From contig JBGAIQ010000006.1 in the NCBI GenBank assembly GCA_044225365.1, forward strand, positions 1 to 64,000: a stretch of 64,000 nt of DNA, given 5' to 3'. The notes under the pieces are model-generated. The model ran no database searches and was not told the DNA's origin. It saw only the letters and a list, made by a program, of their open reading frames with translations. Below are positions 29,640 to 37,899 of the stretch, in pieces. The stretch is from Planctomycetota bacterium. Lineage in GTDB: Bacteria > Planctomycetota > B15-G4 > JADJEK01. The position numbers were made by a program, and so were the translations under genes. Numbering within the stretch: the stretch's first letter is position 1; each line of letters begins with the position of its first letter.

Positions 29640-29688
29640 GTCGTTCAGGATAACGAATGGCGATCGTGCGCGGGGCTGCGCCGATGAA

Positions 29689-30549
29689 TCACGGTGCGCC
29701 GAGATGCGGCATGAGCAGCGCGTTGACGACGTCGGGCGAATGGAGCGGCACGCCATGCGCCGCGTTCTCGAGTTCGGCGTAACGCGCGCCGGGAATCCCC
29801 GCGGCGAGTGCGCGACCGAGGCGAGGCGGAGCGATGAGGTCGTGCTTGCCGGAGACGACGAGGGTCCTCAACGCCGCGAGTTCGAGAAGTCGCGACGTCG
29901 CATCGAATCGTCGCATCGCCGCGAGTTGACGATTCGCGGCGCTTGGCAACTCTCCGAGATCGTGGCCGAAGAGCGGAGCAAGGCGTCCCGCGAGCGACTC
30001 CCGCTCGGCAGGGGACAGACTCGCGAACGACGCGGGAGGCAGCAGGAGCTCGAGGAACGCGTGGCGCCGACTGCGAAGCGTGCCGATGCGAGTTCGCGCA
30101 CCGATGAAGATCATGCGCGGCGTCGGCGGTCCGGCATCGCGGCCCCTGGCAAAGGTGCACAGGAGCGAAAGGCTGAGCACGCGTTGCGGTGAACCGATCG
30201 CGACAGCGAGCGCCACGAGTCCACCGAGCGAGTGACCGACGAGGTGCGCACGGGTGAACCGCGCTTCGTCCATCAGCGCGAGCGTATCGCTCGCCATCCT
30301 CTCGACCGTCAGTGCCGTTCCGGCTTCGTCGTAGGGTCGGCTCTTCCCCAGCCCGCGATGATCGAACGTGAGACATTCGTGCCGCGACGCGAGCGCTTCG
30401 ACCTGCGGCTGCCAACCCGATCCGCACACGCCGACGCCCTGCACCAGCACGACGGGTGAACCGCTTCCCGCCGTGGTGAACGCGAGTCGGCAGCCATCGT
30501 GATCGAGGAAGCGGCCTTCCGAATCTCGGGGGGAACTTTGCAGGTTCAG
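29689..30549 (-). CDS. Alpha/beta hydrolase
   Basis: GSGSPVVLVQG, FDHRGLGKS, GHSLGG nucleophile elbow, SGKHDLI, AAHGV; start uncertain (no clear ATG, CTG overlapping the sigma stop assumed). Confidence 0.85.
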   Translation of the reverse strand: MNLQSSPRDSEGRFLDHDGCRLAFTTAGSGSPVVLVQGVGVCGSGWQPQVEALASRHECLTFDHRGLGKSRPYDEAGTALTVERMASDTLALMDEARFTRAHLVGHSLGGLVALAVAIGSPQRVLSLSLLCTFARGRDAGPPTPRMIFIGARTRIGTLRSRRHAFLELLLPPASFASLSPAERESLAGRLAPLFGHDLGELPSAANRQLAAMRRFDATSRLLELAALRTLVVSGKHDLIAPPRLGRALAAGIPGARYAELENAAHGVPLHSPDVVNALLMPHLGAP

Positions 30550-31163
30550 GAGACCTTCCCGCGGCGAAGTTCCTCCACCTTGGCGGCGAGGCGCGGCAGT
30601 GCGCGATTGAAGCGCATGCGGGCGGCATCGGGCTCGAGGTTCAGCTTCTTGCCGATGTCCTCGAACGCCAGCTCCTGCCACTGTCGCATCACGATGACGT
30701 CGCGATCGTCGGGTTCGAGGAGCATCACGGCGAGTCGGACGAGCGCCTCCCATTCATTCGCCTCCGCGCGGCGATCCGGGCGCGAATGCGAGCGACCGTG
30801 GACCGAGATGTCGGCGATGCTCCCGCCGTTCGCCTGCTCGCGGCCCATCTCGCGACACTGCGCCGTGAACCAGTCACGACGATCGCGAATTCGATTCTCG
30901 ATCACTCGACCCATGAGGCCACGGAACTGGCGCTCGTCCTCGACCACGAAGCGCGGTCCGCTCTTCAAGAACTCGATGAGAGTGTCCTGGACGATGTCCA
31001 TGCTCTCGAGTCTCGAACGCATCGCGGGCCCGAGCCGTGAGCGCACGTGCGCGCGGAGCCACTCGCCGTGCAGCTTCAGCAGTTCCTCGAGCGCGGTCGC
31101 ATCGCCGCGATTCCAGCGCTCCATCAGCTTTCGCGTGAGATCCTCTTCGAGCTCCGCGCTCAA
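30546..31163 (-). CDS. ECF sigma-70 factor (planctomycete kinase-associated type)
   Basis: TTG start overlapping kinase stop, with GGAGG; GDATALEELL, RLGPAMRSRLESMDIVQDT, DRDVIVMR..FEDIG..AARMRFNRAL. Confidence 0.88.
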   Translation of the reverse strand: MSAELEEDLTRKLMERWNRGDATALEELLKLHGEWLRAHVRSRLGPAMRSRLESMDIVQDTLIEFLKSGPRFVVEDERQFRGLMGRVIENRIRDRRDWFTAQCREMGREQANGGSIADISVHGRSHSRPDRRAEANEWEALVRLAVMLLEPDDRDVIVMRQWQELAFEDIGKKLNLEPDAARMRFNRALPRLAAKVEELRRGKVS

Positions 31164-33613
31164 TGCTCGCCCTCCGGGTTCAATTGGCGCGTGACTTCCG
31201 CGAGGTCCTTCGAGAGGTCGGCGACCGCGACGTCGTTGTCGCCCCGCACGGCTCGAATCGCATCGATCGCCCGATTGAGATCGTCCATCGCCTGCTTCAA
31301 GGCGACGGGGCGCTCGGCGTCCGTCGCGGATTGGCTCGCGTTGAAACTCACTCGACCGATCAACTCCAATCCGAACAACTCGTCTTCGGACTGACCGCGT
31401 CCGACCTTCTCGAGATGCTCGAGAACTCGCTCGCCGGTCTGCGCCACGCCCAAGGTATCCCCGAGATTGTATTCGATGAACGCGGCGCGCAATTCGTCGA
31501 CGTAGAAGCCCACGCAATAATTGCCGACGAGACTCTGCCGATCGGCCAGGTTCTTCTGGATCAGATCGTGCGAGAGCGGATCTCGACGGAAGCCGACGCC
31601 GAGCGCGAACGCGCGCCGGGAACGCCATTCGAGCCGATCGATCTCGTCCGACGGCCGCTCGGTGGGGAAGTCGAAGAGTGCCTTGAAGGCTTCGGCCGCC
31701 GAATCGTAGTTGCCGAGCACCTCGTAGAGCGCGCCCGACACCTCCAGCGCCGCTCGGCGCAGGGGCAACGGGGCGTCCGATATCCCGAACCGCGCGAACT
31801 CGTCCGCGGACCGCGACAGGAGATCACGATTCGATTCTCCGGCGCGGCCCTCGCGCTCGTCGGCGAGCGCTTGCTGCGCGAGGAAGAACGACTTCACTCG
31901 TTGCGCCGATCCCGAAGATCCCGAACGCGCGGATTCGAGCCGCTTCAGCCAGTCGGCGCGGATCGCCGCGGCTTCGACCCGGTCGCCGGCTTCCTGCGAG
32001 ATACGCTCGATGCGCAATGCGATGAGGGCCGCCGCGATGACGTCGCGATCGGCCAGCCGATCGGCCGCACGCAGAAGGGCGTTGCGGGCCAGCGCCCGAT
32101 CGCCGAACACGCTCTCGCGCGCCAGCGCCGAGTTGCCGATCGCGAGCAAGACCTCGGCGGCGAGTTCGGGCTCATCGGCCATGCGTTCCTTCGCCATCGC
32201 CTCGGCCTGCGCGACGGCCGCCGCGAATCGCTCGTCGACCCGCATCACGTCGGGCTGGAAGAGCTGTCCAACGAGCAGCTGCGTCAGATCGGCGATCGCG
32301 GCGTGCTTCTCGTCGCGGCTCTTCCGCGCCTCGTCGCTCCAGCGCAAAGCGAATGTGAGGATCGCGCCGAGCACGACCACGGAGACGATCGTCGAGAACT
32401 GGCGGCGCAGGAATCTCCCGCCGCTCGAGAGCAGCGTCGGCGCGCGGGCGGACACGGGCTCGTCGCGCAGGAAGTGCTTGAGATCCTCCGCGAATGCGCG
32501 CATTGTCTGGTAACGCTGGACCGGACGCTTCGCGAGCGCCTTCAGGCAGATCGCGGCGAGGTCGCGCGACAGACTCGGTGCGATCTTCCGCGGATCGGTG
32601 ATGTCCTCGTCGAGGATCGAGTGGAAGATCTGCGCCTGCAGTTCGCCATCGAACGGCTTCTTCAGAGTGAGCGCCTCGTAGAGCGCGGCTCCGAGCGAGA
32701 AGACGTCCGAACGTTCGTCGATCTCGCCGAGCGCAGGATCGACCTGCTCGGGCGCCATGTAGTGCGGTGTCCCGACCTGATCCCCGGTCTGCGAGATGTC
32801 GAGCTCGGCCTGCATCCAGGCGAGTCCGAAGTCGGCGACCTTGGGTTCGTCGTCCGCACCGATCAGGATGTTCTTCGGCTTGAGATCGCGATGCACGATT
32901 CCGGCGTCGTGCGCCGCTTGGACGGCCTGCGCCGCGAGCGAGAAGAAGCGCGCGATCTTGCGCTCCCATGCGAGGTCCGGTTTGCCTTCGCCACCTCGCG
33001 CGCGATGATCCTCGATCCAGTGCGCGAGGCTGAGACCGTTCTCGACGAGCTCCTGCGCGATGAACGAGATCCCATCGTGCTCGCCGACGGCGTACACCGC
33101 GACGATGTTCTTGTGCCGAACGCGACCGCCCGCTTCCGCTTCGCGGCGAAACCGCGCGCGGCGACGGGGAGAGTTGGTGCCGCCGAGCAGGACCTTCAGC
33201 GCGACGCGGCGTCGTAGCGACAGCTGCTCGGCTTCGAACACGACCCCCATCCCGCCTTCGCCGATGCGGCGCACGATGCGGTAGTCGCCGATCACCGTCC
33301 CCGCGCCGATGCGCTTGCTCTCCTCCATCAGGCCGCGCGAACTGTCATGGTTCGAACCGCTGCTCTCGTCGCCCCGCTTGGGCTCCGGTCCACCGGAGGC
33401 GCCGCGACTCGACTCGAGGAGGGGCGCGAGTTCGTCCTTCAGCTCGGGATGTTCGACGAGGAGCTGATCCCGCGATGCGCCGCCCACGTTCTCGGTCTCG
33501 AGGAAGAGTCGCAATGCGTCGTAGAGGCGATGCTCTCCGTTCTTCTTCGCGTCGGAAGACGGCGACGGAGGCGACCCATCCGCGGAAGACTTCTTCGCAT
33601 CGTTCTCGGTCAA
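31160..33613 (-). CDS. Hanks-type Ser/Thr protein kinase with TM segment and TPR-like C-terminus
   Basis: GEGGMGVV, VALK, HRDLKPKN, DFG, GTPHYMAPE, SDVFSLG; hydrophobic segment followed by helical repeats. Confidence 0.93.
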   Translation of the reverse strand: MTENDAKKSSADGSPPSPSSDAKKNGEHRLYDALRLFLETENVGGASRDQLLVEHPELKDELAPLLESSRGASGGPEPKRGDESSGSNHDSSRGLMEESKRIGAGTVIGDYRIVRRIGEGGMGVVFEAEQLSLRRRVALKVLLGGTNSPRRRARFRREAEAGGRVRHKNIVAVYAVGEHDGISFIAQELVENGLSLAHWIEDHRARGGEGKPDLAWERKIARFFSLAAQAVQAAHDAGIVHRDLKPKNILIGADDEPKVADFGLAWMQAELDISQTGDQVGTPHYMAPEQVDPALGEIDERSDVFSLGAALYEALTLKKPFDGELQAQIFHSILDEDITDPRKIAPSLSRDLAAICLKALAKRPVQRYQTMRAFAEDLKHFLRDEPVSARAPTLLSSGGRFLRRQFSTIVSVVVLGAILTFALRWSDEARKSRDEKHAAIADLTQLLVGQLFQPDVMRVDERFAAAVAQAEAMAKERMADEPELAAEVLLAIGNSALARESVFGDRALARNALLRAADRLADRDVIAAALIALRIERISQEAGDRVEAAAIRADWLKRLESARSGSSGSAQRVKSFFLAQQALADEREGRAGESNRDLLSRSADEFARFGISDAPLPLRRAALEVSGALYEVLGNYDSAAEAFKALFDFPTERPSDEIDRLEWRSRRAFALGVGFRRDPLSHDLIQKNLADRQSLVGNYCVGFYVDELRAAFIEYNLGDTLGVAQTGERVLEHLEKVGRGQSEDELFGLELIGRVSFNASQSATDAERPVALKQAMDDLNRAIDAIRAVRGDNDVAVADLSKDLAEVTRQLNPEGEH

Positions 33614-33617
33614 GGGG

Positions 33618-34997
33618 TCAGAGGTCCTTCTTCGGGCTCACGATTCCCGCGCCGGCGGACATCGGCTTCAACGTGCCGTCCGGCCCGAGCTGAAAGGTGC
33701 CGTCGGGAGCTACAGGATACGCCTTCGCACGCCGATCCGGATTGCCGAGCGGGATCTCGCGCTGCGCGACGGACGTCATCGCCGTCGCCACGGCGGGCGA
33801 CGATTCGGGAGCGTAGAACATGAGGGTGGAGACGAAGCGACCGTCCTCGCTCTTCAACGGCCCGAGCGTCTCCACGCCGTGCATCACCTTGCCCTCGACG
33901 ATCGAGCGCACGGTCTCGGATTGCGTCACCGTCTTCACGAGTTCCTGTCGCGATTGCTCGAACGATTCCTTGCCACCGCCTCCGAGTTGTTCGTTCGCTG
34001 CTCTCACGAACTCCGCGATCTCGGTCGCCATTTCCTTCTCGACCTCGATCTTCTCGCCCCGCATCAGCGCGAGGAGCGCCTTCTGCGCCGCGATGCGCGA
34101 ACCGTCGATCGCGTCTTCGCGGATCTGCGCCGCCACTCGCGGATCGCTCTTCGAGTCGACGTACTCGGTGTCCCACGCGATCCACGCGATCCGCGGATCG
34201 GTGCCGAGGATCGTGAGCACCGTGCCGCCACTGGGCGGAGCGACGCCGGCCTTCACCTGCGCGAGCACGAGGTTCTTCGCGGCCTGGAGATTGCTCGCCG
34301 TGAGCAACTCGATCGAGTCGAAGCGAATGTCGCCCTGGGTGCGCGGCGTCGTCACCACGGCGACGTTCACGAGACTCGTCGCGACGTCCTCCGCGCAGTC
34401 GTAGAACACCGCGCCGCGAATGAAGGCCGACAACACCTCGGGCGCCGCGACCTTCGCGCCCTTGCCCTGATCGTCGATCAGCTTCTGCTGCTTCACGAGT
34501 TCGTTCTTGCCCTCGTCGCGAGTCGACGCGAGCAGTTTCGCGATCTCGCCCTTCGCCTGCAGCAGGGCGCGCGCGCGCGCGAGTCGTGCGCTCATCGCGA
34601 TGCGATTCGGATTCGTGACGCCCTTGGCGGGCTTGGACGAGACGGTCGCCACGCCGACGACGCCGATCCCGCTCTCGGTGCGCACGTAGATCGCGCCGTC
34701 CTCGCCCTTCTCTCGCAATCGCTTCACGGCTGCGTTCACCGCATCCGAATCCGAGGCGCCCGAGAGCACCTCGCGATCGAGCGCGGCATTCTGCTTCACC
34801 TGGATGGCGTCGGGCTCGCGGATCTTCAGCAGGTCCTGCCGGTTCGGCGCCGAAGCCGGAGTCGGCAACCCTCCGATGGGCTGAGCCTCGACGCGATGGG
34901 AGAACGTCAGCGAGGCGACGATGCCGAGGATCGCGACTTTGACCGGGTCCATGCGTCCGCGCGAGCGAGTCGTCTTCATCGTGATCGTGGGCTTCAT
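33618..34997 (-). CDS. Secreted hypothetical protein, paralogous to the N-terminal half of the upstream gene
   Basis: ATGA-coupled start; signal-like ILGIVASLTFSHRVEA; GIGVVGVAT, VAVVTTPRTQG, GVAPPSGG, AQKALLALMRGEKI align with the upstream protein. Confidence 0.7.
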   Translation of the reverse strand: MKPTITMKTTRSRGRMDPVKVAILGIVASLTFSHRVEAQPIGGLPTPASAPNRQDLLKIREPDAIQVKQNAALDREVLSGASDSDAVNAAVKRLREKGEDGAIYVRTESGIGVVGVATVSSKPAKGVTNPNRIAMSARLARARALLQAKGEIAKLLASTRDEGKNELVKQQKLIDDQGKGAKVAAPEVLSAFIRGAVFYDCAEDVATSLVNVAVVTTPRTQGDIRFDSIELLTASNLQAAKNLVLAQVKAGVAPPSGGTVLTILGTDPRIAWIAWDTEYVDSKSDPRVAAQIREDAIDGSRIAAQKALLALMRGEKIEVEKEMATEIAEFVRAANEQLGGGGKESFEQSRQELVKTVTQSETVRSIVEGKVMHGVETLGPLKSEDGRFVSTLMFYAPESSPAVATAMTSVAQREIPLGNPDRRAKAYPVAPDGTFQLGPDGTLKPMSAGAGIVSPKKDL

Positions 34998-37666
34998 TGG
35001 ACGCGGCGGCACGTCGCGCCGACGGCGACGTTCCCGGCATCGCCCTGGACCAATCGCGCATAGGCCACGGGACCCTGCACTCGCACGATCCCGAGTCGCG
35101 CCACCTCGGACTCCGAGTCGTAGCTCTTGCCCTCGAACTGGATCTTCTCGGTCTTGAAGACCGAGATCTGATCGCCCTCGCGGATCGATTGATCGTCGTT
35201 GGCGAGCAGGATCTCGTTCGGCGTCACCTTGATGACGCGGATTTTCGCCTGATTCGCCGACTCCTTCGCGACCTCGCCGAGGATGCGCGGCAGGAGCGAC
35301 TGTGCGGCCTCCTTCGAGGCCATGAGCGAGCGATCCATGTTGCCGTAGCTCTGCAGGAGCTGGTTGATCTCCGGGAGACCCCACGTCTTGTTGAATCCGT
35401 CGCTGAACACGATCTCCCCGGTCGCCGTCTTGATCATGCGCAGATGGACGTTGATGTTGAGGAGGGCGCGCGCTTCGTTCCGCTTGCGGATCGGCACGTA
35501 CTCCTGCCACTGCTTGAACGAGACTTCCTGCAGCGTGCCGACGAGGACGTAGTCCGCCGACAGCATGTGTCCGACGTTGCGCAGTTCCTCGAGCGACATG
35601 TCGCCGCGATCGACGCTCTGCTTGATGAGTTCGATCTCGCCCTTCCACTGCTTCAGGTATTCACGATCGATCACCGTGAAGCGCTTCTCGGCCGTGAGGA
35701 ACGTCACGACTTCGTTCGCGAACTCGTTCGCCGGATCGGACGCGGGGACGTTGTCGCCGCCGATCTCGAACGTGTCGCGACCCGTGCGCAGCCCGAGGAA
35801 CGCGATCGTCGAGCGCTGTCCCGGGCGCGGCCGATTCGGATCGAACTGCGGGATGTCGACGCAGAGGTCGACCTCGTACTGATCGCCCTGCGAGTTCGGC
35901 GTCACGAGCGGACGGAGGCCGCCTTCGTACAGCACGCGATAACTCTTCACGAGTCCGTTCGACACCGAGTTCACGTTCTCGCCGATGTCGGTGTTCACGC
36001 TGAGGTTCGTCTTCAGCTTGCCGTCGACGTCCTCGAGCGCGTCGGCGAACTTCTTCTTCATGGTGATGTCGGCGTTGACTCGGTTCTCGTTGACCTGCTT
36101 CACGGCGTAGAGCAGCGCGTTCTGGACCGCTTCCGCCTTGTTCCGGCCCGTTCCCACGCTGGTGAGGCGCATCACGCCCTCTTCGGGGGTGCCGGGCGGA
36201 CAGGGGTCCTGCGACGGCGGCGGCGCCGAGCCCTGTTGCGGTTGCGGCGGCGGGCCGGGATCGCGCGCGGGCGGCGCGGCGGGTCCGCCCTTCAGGAGCG
36301 CGGGGATCGACTCCGCGTAGATCGCGAGCATGTACACCCAGCGACTGCCGGGCCTTTCGAAGGGTCGCAGCATCGTTCCCGCGGGCGTCTTGCCGTTCAC
36401 CGTGGTCGCCGTGGTGCTGGTCTGCAGCTTGTCGGACAACACCTGCGCGCTGCCGACCTGTTTCCCCTGGATCGTCACCTTGCCCGATTGATCGACGACG
36501 CGGTCGTACTCGTGACTCATCTCGTCGTAGCGGTTCGCGAACTCCGACTTGCTCTCGATCTTCTGGCCGCGGATCAGTGCGACGAGTGCGGTCTGCGCGC
36601 GCATCTCGGCCGCCTTCATCGCGGCGTCGTGGATCGCGCCCTGCATCTTCGGATTGTCGTGGATCTGCACGATCTCCGCGCCGAACCCGACCCAGACCGT
36701 CTCGCCCGTCGTGGGCACCGTGATGATCTTCGCGCCGACCGGCGGCACGACGTTCAGGGCGAGCTGATCCATGATCTGCTGCATGCCCTCTTCGATCGAT
36801 CCCGCGAGGATGCCGCGCGAGGAGACCGCACGCACTTCACCGCGAGTCTTCGGCGTCGAGACGACACTGACGCGCACGCTCCCCGTGTTCGGGTCGTCCA
36901 GCACGTCGTAGGTCACGAGTCCCGTCACCATCGCGTTGACCGCAGCGGAGTAGTCCTCGGTCGCGCTGGTATCGAGATTCGCTCCCGAGAACGAGTCGGT
37001 GTTCGCGAGGCCGAGTTTGCTCGTGATCTCCTGGCGCCCCTTGATGTCGACTTCGTTCAGGAATCGTGCGACCTCGCTGCGCGCCTTCAGGTCGGCTTCC
37101 ATCCACGCGCGACGCTGGTCCTCGAGCACGAGGTTCGGATTCTGCCGCTTGGTGTCGTAGTAAGCCGTTCCCACGCCCACGATGCCGTAGCCGCTGCCGG
37201 CCTCGATCAGTTTCACTCCGCCTTCGATCTCATGCATCCCGGAGAGCCGACCGGGATCTCCGGAGACCGGGGGTGGATTCGGCGTACCGGACTGCGGCGG
37301 AGGCGAGTTCTTCGGCGGCTCGTTCGTCGGCGGTGGATTTCCCTGCACGGGCTCCTGCGGTTCGGTCCCGCCCTCGGTCGCATTGCGATGGGTGAAGGAA
37401 TGGAGCGCGCTCAGGATCCCAGAGACCGCGAAGTTGATCGCGTCCTGGGTGCTCGCGGCCTTCACGACCTCGAGCTTGCTGCCGTCGATCGTCTCGATCT
37501 TGGCGGCCGACGGATCCCGCACCTTGCGCAGCCCGTCCGAGTCCTCCTTCAGCAGCGGGACCTGGAACTCTCCGAGGTCGCCTCGCAGAACGGCGTATGC
37601 CGCGGTCGAGAGCGACGCGACGGCAAGTGCACCGAGAACGCGGTGGAGGAAGACGGTCCTGCGCAT
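34994..37666 (-). CDS. Secreted multidomain protein: uncharacterised N-domain plus LPP20/FlgT_N-like, CsgG/HfaB-like and FlgT_C-like domains
   Basis: Signal peptide ending AAYA; Pro-rich linkers; GTGRNKAEAVQNALLYAVKQV; RFTVIDRE..LSADYVLVGT..RMIKTATGEIVFS; C-terminal beta domain IREGDQISVF. Confidence 0.72.
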   Translation of the reverse strand: MRRTVFLHRVLGALAVASLSTAAYAVLRGDLGEFQVPLLKEDSDGLRKVRDPSAAKIETIDGSKLEVVKAASTQDAINFAVSGILSALHSFTHRNATEGGTEPQEPVQGNPPPTNEPPKNSPPPQSGTPNPPPVSGDPGRLSGMHEIEGGVKLIEAGSGYGIVGVGTAYYDTKRQNPNLVLEDQRRAWMEADLKARSEVARFLNEVDIKGRQEITSKLGLANTDSFSGANLDTSATEDYSAAVNAMVTGLVTYDVLDDPNTGSVRVSVVSTPKTRGEVRAVSSRGILAGSIEEGMQQIMDQLALNVVPPVGAKIITVPTTGETVWVGFGAEIVQIHDNPKMQGAIHDAAMKAAEMRAQTALVALIRGQKIESKSEFANRYDEMSHEYDRVVDQSGKVTIQGKQVGSAQVLSDKLQTSTTATTVNGKTPAGTMLRPFERPGSRWVYMLAIYAESIPALLKGGPAAPPARDPGPPPQPQQGSAPPPSQDPCPPGTPEEGVMRLTSVGTGRNKAEAVQNALLYAVKQVNENRVNADITMKKKFADALEDVDGKLKTNLSVNTDIGENVNSVSNGLVKSYRVLYEGGLRPLVTPNSQGDQYEVDLCVDIPQFDPNRPRPGQRSTIAFLGLRTGRDTFEIGGDNVPASDPANEFANEVVTFLTAEKRFTVIDREYLKQWKGEIELIKQSVDRGDMSLEELRNVGHMLSADYVLVGTLQEVSFKQWQEYVPIRKRNEARALLNINVHLRMIKTATGEIVFSDGFNKTWGLPEINQLLQSYGNMDRSLMASKEAAQSLLPRILGEVAKESANQAKIRVIKVTPNEILLANDDQSIREGDQISVFKTEKIQFEGKSYDSESEVARLGIVRVQGPVAYARLVQGDAGNVAVGATCRRVQ

Positions 37667-37899
37667 ACGGACTCCGATTCGGAAGGGACGGTCGAGCGCC
37701 GGTGCACGGAATGAACCGCTCCGGAACGCGACGGGCTGCGTAGCGGATAATCCAGGGAAGTTCGAACTCGTCTCCCCAGGTTTATCCTTTCGGCGACAAT
37801 CTCCGTGAAATACCGATTTTGCGCCGTCCGGCGCCGTTCTCACGGGTTCTCTTCGAAGGACGCCACGGGCGCGAGAGGACCTTCGAAGTCATCAGCTCC

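Noticed and set aside
34994-37666. Curli or flagellar gene cluster
   Set aside because: Only fold-level CsgG/FlgT resemblance; no csgA/B/E/F or flagellar genes in the window.
34997-37714. Long antisense and alternate-frame ORFs (e.g. 34997-37714 +, 1152-3641 +, 14520-17015 -, 31163-33217 +)
   Set aside because: Shadow ORFs expected at high GC; each overlaps a gene with clear family motifs and has none of its own.
37745-37787. Imperfect inverted repeat (GGATAA...TTATCC) between divergent genes
   Set aside because: Several mismatches and no second copy; could be an operator but support is too weak to call.
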